A stretch of DNA of 63,403 nt, filler included, from Pirum gemmata (taxonomy: Eukaryota): NCBI GenBank assembly GCA_002812295.1. It is 26 parts of 26 records of this genome, joined end to end, with 100 filler letters (N's around TTAATTAATTAA, not from the genome) between each part and the next. Parts side by side here need not be neighbours in the genome. Positions count along the whole stretch, not along the records: positions 34,278 to 36,385 come from PDIN01008139.1; positions 36,486 to 38,653 come from PDIN01008140.1; positions 38,754 to 42,872 come from PDIN01008141.1; positions 42,973 to 46,471 come from PDIN01008142.1; positions 46,572 to 48,738 come from PDIN01008143.1; 21 more parts are not named here. The stretch is one strand, 5' to 3'. Below the pieces are notes generated by a model. It searched no databases and was not told the DNA's origin. It saw only the letters and a program-made list of their open reading frames with translations. A program made the position numbers and the translations under genes. Of this stretch, positions 35,392 through 48,179 are shown piece by piece; the first letter of the stretch is position 1, and every line of letters begins with the position of its first letter.

Positions 35392-37438
35392 TTTTTTTTT
35401 GATGTGTGAAAATATTTCAACAAAAGAAGCTTGTATCATATAATTTTTTTTTTTTTTTTTTAACTAAGCTGAATAAAATGGCGTCACCCGCCGCCGTATG
35501 AGCTCAAAAATCAAAAAAAATCTCAAAATGGTCCATTTTTAATAAACGTGCTACCAAAATTTGATAAATCATACCAAAAAAACTCTATTATGTACCAATT
35601 TAGATAGTTAGTCTATCATAGGTTTTTAGAAAAGAAGTCTAAAAAATCTACAACTTTATTCGGCTTGGCTGTTAAAAAAATAAATAAATAAAATAACTGC
35701 AATAAATTTTCTAATAAATAATTTTACAAAAACACATGTGTGACATACTATATATGGAATTAAAATAATTAACAATTTTAACAATAATTATTAATTAATT
35801 AATTAATTAATTATAATTAATAATAACGAATTATAATTAAATTAATAATAACGAATTATCAATTAAATTTTATCAATAATTGATATTTATTATTTATTAT
35901 TTATGACAATATTATTAATATTGCTATTAATTTTTGTATAATATAGAATAATACACCCATTAATATTACCTGTATTAAAAAATAATAAATCCCCTTTATT
36001 GCAGTTCAATGGCTAATGTTAATTCGAGTAAAGGTTAGGGTTAACGTGCCGGTTAGAGTTTGGTTGAGGGGTTAGATTTAGTGGTTAAGTTTAAGGGTTG
36101 GCTTAGGCTTAGGTTTGGAGGCAGGTATGGTTAGACTTAGGATTAGGCTTAGGGCTTAGGGCTATGGAATCGAACATTGATACTAAAAGAGTAACGGAAA
36201 ACAAAGGAAAAACAAAGGGCAAGCTAAAAAACAAGTGAATCTTGTGCAAAAGTAAACGGTTAAATTTGTCCTAGTTTTCGCTTGTTTATAGACGCATAAA
36301 ATCATGCTAATGTTTTTTTATTAAAACATTGTTTAGGGTTAACATTTGGGTTAAGGTTAGGGTTAGGGTTAGGGTTAGGGTTAGGNNNNNNNNNNNNNNN
36401 NNNNNNNNNNNNNNNNNNNNNNNNNNNNNTTAATTAATTAANNNNNNNNNNNNNNNNNNNNNNNNNNNNNNNNNNNNNNNNNNNNTCATTAGTTTTATAG
36501 TTTAGAAAAAAAATTTTTTTTGGCGAAGTTCGCTTACTAATTAAAATTCTATACGCCACGACTTGTATCGTACTTAAAAAAAAAAAAAAAAAAAAAAAAA
36601 AATAGACTAGCTAGTAGTACTCTAGCTAGTAGTCCTAGCTAGACTAGACTATCAGATAACTAGCTAGTCAGTTCCCATGTAGCTAGCTATGATAGCTAGC
36701 TAGAGCACCTGGTATAAATGTCTACAAGATACGGGGCGCAAGTTGCGCAACTGCGGGGGGGGCAAACTATATGATAGCTGATAGATCATAGACTAGTCAT
36801 TTTTTTTTTTCTTTTTATCATATTATATTAAATATCATATTGATATATATTGATATCATAATATATCATAGATAATATCTGATACAAGGACTTGAAGTCC
36901 TTGTCTGATATGATTGATAACCTGATCAAGGTAGGGGAGTCTAGCTAGGTTTAACAAAAGAAGGCTTTGAGGTCCTCATCTCTTAGTTTAAAAATAGTTT
37001 TAATCCCTGAATTGGATGAAGAGTAACTTGATCAACTACAGTCTACATAGGCCCTCCAACACAAAACGAAACACAACTACACATGCTAATTACACAGGTA
37101 TTACACAGACTATTTACACACAATACAACGATAATCTCTCACCCCAGAAACCTTACTTTTGATTTTTCATTGTATTGTGTGTAAATAGTCTGTGTATGAC
37201 TTGTTTTAAGTAATATTTTAATATTTTCCTACTATATTTGAAAATAATTTTTAAAAAAATATTTTCCATTGTTTATTTTTTTTGAAATAAAATAGTAATA
37301 AAATAGTAATAAAATCAGTATAAAATCTAGGCCAACAAAATACCTTACCCAAAATTTTAGAATGTCAAAAAATGCACAACAGTCTATTAGCTATAATATT
37401 ATGAGGTATCATATATTATATCATAATCATGTATCATA

Positions 37439-37633
37439 TCGTCTATTTCATTACAGTTGTCCTCTCAATCTTTACTTTGGTACTGTTTAAGTGTATAATT
37501 GAACTGTTTTATAAAGTGCAACATTAAGTATAAAATACCAAATTAATCAAAACATGTCTGATAGTTTAACCATAATAATAATTTGGTAAGTTTATTTCAG
37601 TTTTGAACTGGACAACACTATTGAAAAACACGA
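37439..37633. mobile_element. MITE family B (~195 bp; imperfect TIR TCGTCTATTTCATTACAGTTGTCC / GGACAACACTATTGAAAAACACGA)
   Basis: Copies at 48493-48678 and ~55692-55939, in TA-rich flanks. Confidence 0.85.
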
Positions 37634-38097
37634 TATATATTAATTAAAGCATATATCTACTACCTAATTTACATATATAGTATAGCGCTTTTCATTTATT
37701 TTGTCACTCCGAATATTTATTTGGTTGGTTATAATTTTTTAATTGACATTGTTAAATGAATAAATGGATAATAANAAATGAAATGATTTATATTGTATTA
37801 ATTTGGTACTCTTTATTGTATATTTTATGATGACAAAACAACTGAAAAGCACGATATATACAACATACACACTACATGCTACATGCTACAGATATATATT
37901 TAATTAGTAGACAATATGTATGGTATTGTTGTGTGTGTGCTGCGCTTGTTTAGTTAGTTGTAAATTTTTAAAATCTTTTCAGAACTAACTTACCGATATT
38001 CTGTATTTTCAATAGTTAGGATTAGGGTTAGATTGTTGGTTACCACGTTCACCACTTTTTTCCACTTTTTTAGGCTCTAAGATTCTTAATACATATT

Positions 38098-38264
38098 TCA
38101 ATGTTTCTTGATTTGTATTTTAACATACTCTTCCAATTGCACTGGTCTAAGGGTGAAATGTCCATCCTGAATTACTTTGACCTATTTAACACAAAGAGAG
38201 AGTAGCTAAGTAAGAAATATTAAACGCAAGAAAAGGTTCACCTACATTGTTCTGGAATAAATTG

Positions 38265-38303
<39 letters not shown>

Positions 38304-38587
38304 CAAAATGTGAAGTAGAGTCAGCTAAATGATTAAAATGATTGATTATACACAAAATAAAAACAACACAAATTATCACAACGTTGTACATATACCTCAT
38401 ATTTACATTTTGAAAACATGCCTGACACAAGTTTTTCAAATCTGTGCCAATCATCGATTTCAAACACAGTTTCGTTATTTTTATTTAAACTGCACTTGGG
38501 ACAGTTATTACCTAAATTTTTCATTTGATTAATTAATTTTATTTGTTTGTTACAATTCTCAACTTTCATTAAAATATTATCATCATT
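38098..38587 (-). CDS. Last two exons (38587-38396, 38181-38098) of an unknown protein
   Basis: AG/GT-bounded, phase 0, open frame NDDNILMKVENC...CPKC...FEIDDWHRFEKLVSGMFSKCKYE|VKVIQDGHFTLRPVQLEEYVKIQIKKH*. Confidence 0.5.
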
Positions 38588-38950
38588 CTATATTCTTTCC
38601 CCTTCCCCTTCCCCTTCCCCACTTTTACTTTCCCTTATTATTATTATTAATTANNNNNNNNNNNNNNNNNNNNNNNNNNNNNNNNNNNNNNNNNNNNTTA
38701 ATTAATTAANNNNNNNNNNNNNNNNNNNNNNNNNNNNNNNNNNNNNNNNNNNNCTAACCCTCCTCCGTAACCCTAACCCTCCTCCGTAACCCTAACCCTC
38801 CTCCGTAACCCTAACCCTAACCCTAATAACCCTAACCCTAACCCCAACCCCAACCCCAACCCCATTACGTTAAAAAGTTGCATTTAATTCTAAATTTAAT
38901 CATATATATTTTAATATATAATTTTAATTATGAACTCTTTTTTTTTTTAG

Positions 38951-40265
38951 TTTGGATCCTGATATATTCGAAGACTTGTCCCCTGAAACGGAAGAAAATG
39001 GGCTTCTTTTAGATAAGCACACCAAATGCACTAGTATTGCGTTTGTAATAAATGATACTGGAACAGCAACTTTAAAAACAACCAACTTTTACCATGATGT
39101 TGTCACTTGTGAGCATATAAATTTACAACATTCGAAAATTACAGGACTAAGTGTCAATCTATTCAAGACTTTCTCACAACTAACCTCCTTAGATTTATCA
39201 TTTAATTCTATATCTAATATTAATCCTATTAAACTTGGGAACCCAAATTTTGAAAAAATTAATTTAAACAATAATGTGATCCAAAACATTAACAATCATG
39301 ATTTCCAATACTTACATAATCTTTCTGTGTTGAATTTTAGTTCAAACAACATTACAGATTTAATGAACATCTCAAAATTGAGAATTAAAAATGAGATTGA
39401 TTTACGATTTAACCCAATTTCTTGTTGCGTGGAACATTTAGAAATACAAAGTATATTTGAGAATATTAAGAATACGTCTCTCTCTTGTTTAATTCAAACC
39501 AAAACACTGTTATTAAATACAACCAATTTTAAAAATGAAATTGAAAAAGCTTGTGCACACATGTTAGAAGCTCAAAACTCTAATTATGAAGAAATTTCTA
39601 ATAATAATGTTACAGTTGCAATTGTTATCTCAGCAGTAGGAGGTTGTGTTGTTGTTTTGGCTTTTTATTTATTTATTTTTATGAAAACAAAAAAGAAAGA
39701 CGTCAATTATTTGCATGGCAAAACTACAGCTGAGTTTTTATTTGATGGGATGGAGGCCAATTCTATTTGCGCAGATGAATATGTAAATATGCAAAGCGTA
39801 AATGATAAAAGTTGCGCAGATGAAAAAGATGAAAAAGATGAAAAAAAGAAAAAGGGCTATATCTATCAAAGACCAATTGAAAAAGAAATTAGCAAATATA
39901 ATATTTTGTACCATAATTCAAATAGTTATAATTCAAATCCTTTGTATGTAAATGTCGCAGATGAAAAAGATGAAAAAAAGAAACACGGCTATTGCTATCA
40001 AGGACCAATTGAAAAAGAAATTGGCAAACATAATATTTTGTACCATAATTCGAATAGTAATAATTCAAATCCTTTGCATGTAAATGTCGGACAAAGCCCG
40101 AAACTGAATTGTTATGCTAATGTTGAAAATCTTGAAAGTGGAAAAATGAAATATGAGGCAGAATATGAGTTACCGCAACTTAACGACGAAACCGAATACG
40201 AAACGCTGGATGTTGAGTATGAAATCCCTAACCAATGTGATAAAGAAAGTAATTCAGTTTTTTGA
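38951..40265 (+). CDS. LRR single-pass receptor-like protein, last exon (LRRs, LRR-CT, TM, Tyr-motif tail)
   Basis: LTSLDLSFNSISNI, LSVLNFSSNNITDL, DLRFNPISCC; TM VAIVISAVGGCVVVLAFYLFIFM; tail motifs YVNM, YVNV, YANV, YELP, YETL and YEIP. Confidence 0.9.
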
Positions 40266-41195
40266 TAGTGTAGATTCTTTAAGTAAAATAACAAAACCAC
40301 CTGTTGAAAATCTTGAAAGTGAAAAAATGAAATATGAGACAGAATATGAGTTACCGCAACTTAAGGACGAAACCGAATACGAAATGCTGGATGTTGAGTA
40401 TGAAATCCCTAACCAATCTGATAAAGAAAGTGATTTAGCTTTTGACAGTATAGATTCTTTTTAAGTGAAATAACAAAACCACCCGTTTATGATAATTAGA
40501 AATCATGTTTATTATGATAATTAATTATATAAAAAAGACTAAAAATCAAATAAATTTGAATAATTATTTTTAATTTTAGATAAAATTAATAATAAATATT
40601 AATTAATATCAAGTTTTTTCCTATAAGTTTTTTCACAATTGTACTTTTTTCAAGGAAAGTTAATTAATTAAGGGTAAAAAATTATATTATATTATATTAT
40701 ATTATATTTAGTTCAAAGTGTTAATTATTTAGATTTAGAATAAATTAGCCGCTGATAAAACAACAACCATAACTGTAGTAACAGCAATACTATTCACAAT
40801 GCCACTATTTCGATTTTGTGCTTCATTGGCNTATAGCTAACTCTAACTCTAACTCTAACTCTAACTCTAACTCCCATAATAATAATTATAATCATAATCA
40901 TTATCATAATATTATTATCATTACCATATTATCATTATGTTATCATGATTATTATCATTATCATTATCAGTATCATTATCATTATTCCAACGCTAGACCC
41001 TAACTCTAACCCTAACTCGAACTCCAGCTCTAACTCTATATATAGCTAACTCTAACTCTAACTCTAACTCTAACTCTAACTCTAACTCTAACTCTTACTC
41101 TAACTCTAACTCTAACTCCCATAATAATAATTATAATCATAATCATTATCGTAATATTATTATCATTGTCATATTATCATTATGTGATCATTATC

Positions 41196-41230
<35 letters not shown>

Positions 41231-41470
41231 CATTATCATTATCATTGTATCATTATAATTATAATAATCACTATAAATGATTCCAACGCTAAACCCTAGC
41301 TCTAACCCTAAATATAACTCTATACATAGCTAACTCTAACTCTAACTCTAACTCTAACTCTAACTCTAACTCTAACTCTAACTCTAACTCTAACTCTAAC
41401 TCTAACTCTAACTCTAACCCCCAACTCCAAACCCAACTCTAAACCCAACCTTAACCCTTATATAAATCAG

Positions 41471-42777
41471 AAATACCATGTCCTTCCAACACTACTGGAC
41501 TATCTGTCATTGAAGGATGCAGTTGTGATGCCGGTTATGAAGGCATACTAACCATCGACAATTACGATAACAACCCTTGCATCGCGGCCACTTGCCCTGT
41601 AAACGCTACTGGAGTTAATGTAGTTGTTGGTTGTAATTGTGATACTGGCTTCATCGGTAATATTGATGTCAATAACTATAAAACCAATCCATGCACAAAA
41701 GCCCCCTGTCCAGCTAACTCAATTGGAATTGATGTTTTTGCGGGGTGCAGTTGTGATGTCGGTTATGAAGGCAATGTTGATATTTACAATTTTCAAAACA
41801 GCCCCTGCGCAAAAGCTCCCTGTCCAGCTAACTCAACTGGAATTGAAGTTTTTTCGGGTTGTCAATGTAATGATGGCATGTCTGGTAATATAACAATACA
41901 TAATTACAAAACCAACCCATGTTCACCTGACCCTTGTCCGCAATTTTCCTCTGGTGTAAGTGTTTTATCAGGTTGTACTTGCGATGAAGGTTACCATGGC
42001 AACGTTACTGTAACCAATCATGAAAACAATCCTTGCAGTCCTAACCCATGTCCAGGAAATACAATCGGAGCTAATGTGATTTCTGGTTGCTCTTGTCCTA
42101 CAGGTTTTGTTTTTGATAGTGACGTTTATGATTTTTCAAGTGATGAATGTCTGGATTGCCATTTACTTTATACTGTTAGTAATAATGGTGTGTTAGGTAA
42201 AAATGACATGTTGAATACAAGTTTAAACAACTATTTGTTATTAAATTGCAAACACATGGATATTTCTAATAATACTATTTATAGTATTGAGGATCATACT
42301 TTTGATCAGGCACAGCATCTGACTTATTTGTAAGTAATAAATAAGGTGGCCATGGGTTAGGTTATTAGTAGTTAGGGTTAGTGTTAGTTAGGGTTAGGGT
42401 TAAGGATATTAGCCTTAATTAAATTTTACTTTTTGAAATTGTTTTCCAATAATAATTATCCCCATTTTTCATTTATCAAAAAACAGAAATTTGCAACAAA
42501 ATAACATCACACGACTACCACTGGGATTATTCGACGAATTAGAAAATCTAAAACTTAATTCATCTTTGCTTTTGGATTTTCAAACCCAATGTTCCATGTT
42601 TGCCTTTAATGTAGTAAATGGTCACCTTACTAGAAAAAATGGAACAATGTATGATTATGTAACAAGTTGTCAAAAATTGGACTTGTCTAATTATAATTTG
42701 ACGTCCCTTAACCCAAACGCCTTTGAAGGGTTGTCCAACTTAGAGCTTTTAGATTTAACTAAAAATCAAATCTTTAG
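41471..42777 (+). CDS. Extracellular exons (41471-42329, 42487-42777): six ~38-aa Cys repeats plus LRRs
   Basis: Repeat CPxNxxGxxVxxGCxCDxGYxGxxxxxNYxxNPC, followed by LRRs (MDISNNTIYSIEDHTF, LDLSNYNLTSLNPNAFEGLSNLELLDLTKNQIF); intron in phase. Confidence 0.88.
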
Positions 42778-44409
42778 GTAATAATTAACCCGTAACCCGT
42801 AACCCGTAACCCGTAACCCGTAACCCGTAACCCGTAACCCGTAACCCGTAACTCGTAACCCATAGCCCTAACNNNNNNNNNNNNNNNNNNNNNNNNNNNN
42901 NNNNNNNNNNNNNNNNTTAATTAATTAANNNNNNNNNNNNNNNNNNNNNNNNNNNNNNNNNNNNNNNNNNNNTAATAATAATAATAAAAATAATAGTACT
43001 GTCTTTAGTCAAAAAAAAACAGTCACGCTTATGGGAAAACATAATCAAATCAAACAGATCGTTCCTAATTTTTAAATATGTTACAATTTTGAAATGATAC
43101 TTTTTTTTTCGAGTTTCAAGTTTTTCTCTAACTTTTTATTTGGATCGAAACATTTAGATAGTCTCAAACTAGTCTTGATTCGATGTGTTTTCCCGCATCA
43201 TATTAGTAGATCGATAAAAAATAAAAAATATATTATACCAGTGTTATAAATAATTATTATGATATTATTACAGTAGTTAGTCTACTCCTATCAAAACGAC
43301 ATAAAAACATACCAGGTAGACTTAAAAATTCAACTCTAACCCTAACCCTAACCCTAACCCTAACCCTAATCCTAACCCTAACCCTAATCCTAACCTTAAC
43401 CCTAACCCTAACCCTAATCCTAACCCTAACCCTAACCCTAACCCTAACCTTAACCTTAACCCTAACCCTAACCCTAACCTTAATCCTAATCCTTCCCCTT
43501 CCGATATAATAGCTATTAATATCTGATGGCAGAACACCCAAAAACACTACTAGCACATAACCCCATAACCCTAACCCTAACCACCCTAACCCTAACCCTA
43601 GATCGTAGCTATCATAATAGTATATCAGATACCTATACAGTCCTATCCGGTACCAGAACACCCAAAAACAGTTGTAGGTAGGTAACCCCTATCCCCATCC
43701 CCACCCCTACCCACTACCTACCTCATCCCTACTATCCTCATCCCCATCCCCATCCCCATCCCCTTCCACCATCCCATCCCTACATATCAAACTTTCAAAG
43801 TGAAAATAATTTAAATCGAGATTGCTCATTACTTTTATGGCAGTACTAGTAAAATTTATTTTGATTTTATACCATATTATAAATACTGGAAAAGATAAGA
43901 CGCACAGATGAACGACCAATATCATTAGCTTCACCTGTACAACAATCGATTTCATAAATATTTAAGCTGAGCTTTCATCGCTTTCCCACCGCATACCTAT
44001 CCCCACTAAAGAACCCATTATCAAACAATTCTTTAGATTTTTAATTTATGATTTCGGCGCTAGCGTTAAATACTATATCAGAAAAAAATAAGACAAGAAG
44101 CCAAATCTTCAGGAAGATATTAAATAGGCTGTTATCATCATCTACATAGTAAGTTATTACCTACTTGAGTTTATTACTTTTACACTCACATCCACAACCC
44201 CAACCCCATCACCCTAACCCCATCACCCTAACCCCAACCCCATCACCCTAACCCCAACNNNNNNNNNNNNNNNNNNNNNNNNNNNNNNNNNNNNNNNNNN
44301 NNNNNNNNNNNNNNNNNNNNNNNNNNNNNNNNNNNNNNNNNNACCCCAACACCCCAACACCCCAACACACCAACCCCAAATCTCCAACCCCATCCCCATC
44401 CCACAACAG

Positions 44410-46036
44410 TTTTTCCAGAGTAGAGCTCATTAAAATTATTCTAGTATATTGTTCATTACTTATAGCAATGAATTTCATTCTATCTTTTACACACTACTGG
44501 AAACAGCAAGATGCTAAGGAAAACGTTCAGGTAGATATTTGGTATACCACTATCACCAGTAGTAGAACTCATTCAAATCATTCTAGTAAATTGTTCATTA
44601 TTTATAGCAGTAAAATTCATTTAAATTCTATCTATTACTAAAAGGTACAGACAAAAGTCCACGGTCGTTCATAATTTATAGTAATAAAATAAATTTTGAG
44701 ACAAGGACAAACTCCCAAGTATATAATACGTATATATGCCACTATCATCATCTTAATCTGCATATTAATAAATTAAATATTTACATTGACATAAACAAAC
44801 ACAATACTCACTCGACCTTAACTTACTATATACATATTAGGTATATATGCCACTATCATCATCTTAATCTGCATAATAATCAATTGCATATTTACATTGA
44901 ACTCCATTGCTTTCCACCCCAACCCCATCAACATCTCTATCCACAACATCCTTATTAATTATCAAGAGTAGAATTCATTACAATGGTTCTAGTAGATTGT
45001 TCATTATTTATAGTAGTTAAATTCATTTTGATTTTATCTATTATAATAATATCATACCAGAAAAAAATAAGATGCAAGGACGCACGCCAAAGTATAAAAT
45101 AGATTATCATCATCTTCATCTGCATAGTAATCAATTACATATTTACAATGAATGAACTCCATTACTTTCTTTATACAAGAAAAATATAAGATACATAGGC
45201 GAACGTATACATACCACAATCATCATCTTAATCTGCATAATAATCAATTACATATTTACATTGAACCCCATTGCTTTCAACCCTAACCTCATCAGCATCT
45301 CTAACATCCTCATTAATTATCAAGAGTAGAATTCATTCAAATGGTTCTAGTAGATTGTTCATTATTTATAGTAGTTAAATTCATTTTGATGTTATCTATT
45401 ATATCATACCAGAAAAAAATAAGATAAAATAGGTATACATGCCACTATCATCATCTTCATCTGCATAGTAACCAATTACATATGTACAATGAATGACCTC
45501 CATTACTTTCATTATACAAGAAAAATATAAGATACATGGGCGAACATCCAAGTATATATTAGGTATATATGCCACTATCATCATCTTTATCTGCATAATA
45601 ATCAATTACATATTTACACTGAACTCCATTGCTTTCCACCCCAACCCCATCAGCATCTCTAACATCCTCATTAATTATCAAGAGTAGAATTCATTCAAAT
45701 GGTTCTAGTAGATTGTTCATTATTTATAGTAGTTAAATTCATTTTGATTTTATCTATTATATCATACCAGAAAAAAATAAGATGCAAGGACGCACGCCAA
45801 AGTACAAAATAGGTATACATGCCACTATCATCATCTTCATCTGCATAGTAATTAATTACATATTTATAATAAGATACAAAGGCGAACATCCAAGTATATA
45901 TTAGGTATATATGCCACTATCATCATCTTAATCTGCATAATAATCAATTACATATTTACATTGAACTCCATTGCTTTCCACCCCAACCCCATCAGCATCT
46001 CTAACACCCTTATTAATTATCAAGAGTAGAATTCAT
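44410..46036 (-). pseudogene. Tandem decayed copies of the HCCS 3' coding end
   Basis: Repeated YVIDYYADEDDDSG- and IKMNLTTINNEQSTRTI-like segments with stops and indels; ~340-360-bp period near the gene. Confidence 0.88.
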
Positions 46037-46337
46037 TCAAATGGTTCTAGTAGATTGTTCATTATTTATAGTAGTAAAATTCATTTTGATTCTATCTATT
46101 ATACCAGAAAAAGATAAGATGCATGGGCGAACGTCCAAGTAGATATTAGGTATTCCACTATCATCATCCTCATCTGCGTAGTAATCAATTACATATTTAC
46201 GATGAACTCCATTGCTTTCCACAACCCAGTCATGTCTGTCGAAAGGAAGCGGAGCATAACCAAGCAAATTCATAAATATAGACTTGGGAGTATTCTCACC
46301 AGCACGGCCTCTAAAACTTTTTAATTTCGGGTTTGAT
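46037..46337 (-). CDS. HCCS: Holocytochrome c synthase (cytochrome c/c1 heme lyase), last exon
   Basis: PKLKSFRGR...TPK...PFDRHDWVV...YVIDYY...YLDVRP signature motifs; acceptor AG at 46339-46338. Confidence 0.95.
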
Positions 46338-46642
46338 CTGTGTGGAAAAATAAAATTATTTAAATTATTTAAGAGATAATAATAATTACAAATATACAAG
46401 GTAAAAATAATTAATATTAATAATAATATTAATAATAATAATAATTAAAAATAGAATAATAATAATAATAANNNNNNNNNNNNNNNNNNNNNNNNNNNNN
46501 NNNNNNNNNNNNNNNTTAATTAATTAANNNNNNNNNNNNNNNNNNNNNNNNNNNNNNNNNNNNNNNNNNNNTTGGAGTTGGGGTTGGGGTTGGGGTTGGG
46601 GTTAGAGTTGGGGCTATACTAATTGTTATTTTCAATTTTTAG

Positions 46643-47768
46643 AATATCATGAAAAAATTACAAAGCTTAGAGATTCAACATTGCAAAAAACAAAGCCATT
46701 AGCAAAAAAGTCGAAAAATAAATTTGAACAAAAGGTATTATACGGTTTGGGTTTGGGTTAGGTTTTGTTGGTTGTTTAATTGTTTGATTATTGTTGGTTA
46801 TTGGTTATTGGTTATTGGTTATTGGTTGTTTAATTGTTGTTGTTGGTTGTTGGTTGTTGGTTGTTGGTTGTTGGTTGTTGGTTGTTGGTTGTTGGTTGTT
46901 GGTAATTGTAATAACTAATATTGTTCTTTGGTAAGTTTTACTTATTCGAATAATCTAAACTTAAGCCGAGTTCAATACTAACCCTAACCTCACCCTAATC
47001 TTAACCTCACTCTAACACCTAACCCTACCATAGGCTAAAGAAAAGGGTTTATCTTCAGATGTAGCGGGAAAATCAAAGAAAAGAACCAAGGTTATATTAA
47101 TATACTTTTCATTTATTTTGTCACTCTGAATATTTAGTTGGAGGGTTATAATCTTTAAATTGACATTTTTAAATCAATACATAGATAATAAAATATACCA
47201 AATTAATTTAAAAGTACTTCCGGTAGACCCCCGGGGTCTATATTTAGAGTCTACATAAATATATGTTATATTCTATAAGTTGTCATTTCAATTTATTCGG
47301 TTTCTTATTATTATTATTATTATTATTATTATTTAGTTATCTAATGAAGCAAAAGAAATTCTCGAGGATTGGCTAATGGCGCACGCGTCTCACCCTTATC
47401 CGGTACGTCCCCCAACCCCCAACCTCCACCCTCCAACCTCCAACCTCCACCCTCCAACCTCCAACCTCCAACCTTCAACCTCCAACCTCCAACCTCCAAC
47501 CTCCAACCTTCAACCTCCAACCTCCAACTTCCAACTTCCAACTTCCAACTTCCAACTTCCAACTTCCAACTTCCAACTTCCAACTTCCAACTTCCAACGA
47601 TTGACCTCTAACCTTTAATCTCAACCCTAACCTTAACCCTGACCTCAACCCTAACCTCAACCCTAACCTCAACCCTAACCCTAACCCTAACCCTAACCCA
47701 TAGGACGCTGAAGTAAAAGATCAGTTAGCGGAACAATCAGGTCTAACTCACAGACAGCTACAAGATTG
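46643..47768 (+). CDS. TALE-class homeodomain protein, exons 46643-46734, 47034-47090, 47337-47402, 47704-47768
   Basis: ...KSKKRTK|LSNEAKEILEDWLMAHASHPYP|DAEVKDQLAEQSGLTHRQLQDW: the HPYP loop extension is diagnostic of TALE; all introns GT-AG and in phase. Confidence 0.9.
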
Positions 47769-47950
47769 GTATATAAGATATTGACTGTACACTTTTCAAT
47801 CTTTTTGTCTTTGAAAATAAAAAAATACGAAATAAGAACTACCAAATTAACTTATGTATTAAATTAATAGATACATTTTAATTATTTTGGCATGTTTTTT
47901 TTTAATGTTTGAGAGCATTCTTTTAAATGACGTCACACCATTTTTTTTCA

Positions 47951-47987
<37 letters not shown>

Positions 47988-48112
47988 GTCTACTACTACT
48001 ACTACTACTACAACTACTACTGTATTACTACTTATACTACTACTACTACAACTACTACAACTATACTATTACTAGTCTATTAATTACTACTACTACTACT
48101 ACTATTACTATT

Positions 48113-48179
<67 letters not shown>

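Noticed and set aside
45399..45889. Additional functional HCCS paralogue ORFs
   Set aside because: Partial, frameshifted and lacking the PFDRHDW motif and a splice acceptor; treated as echoes.
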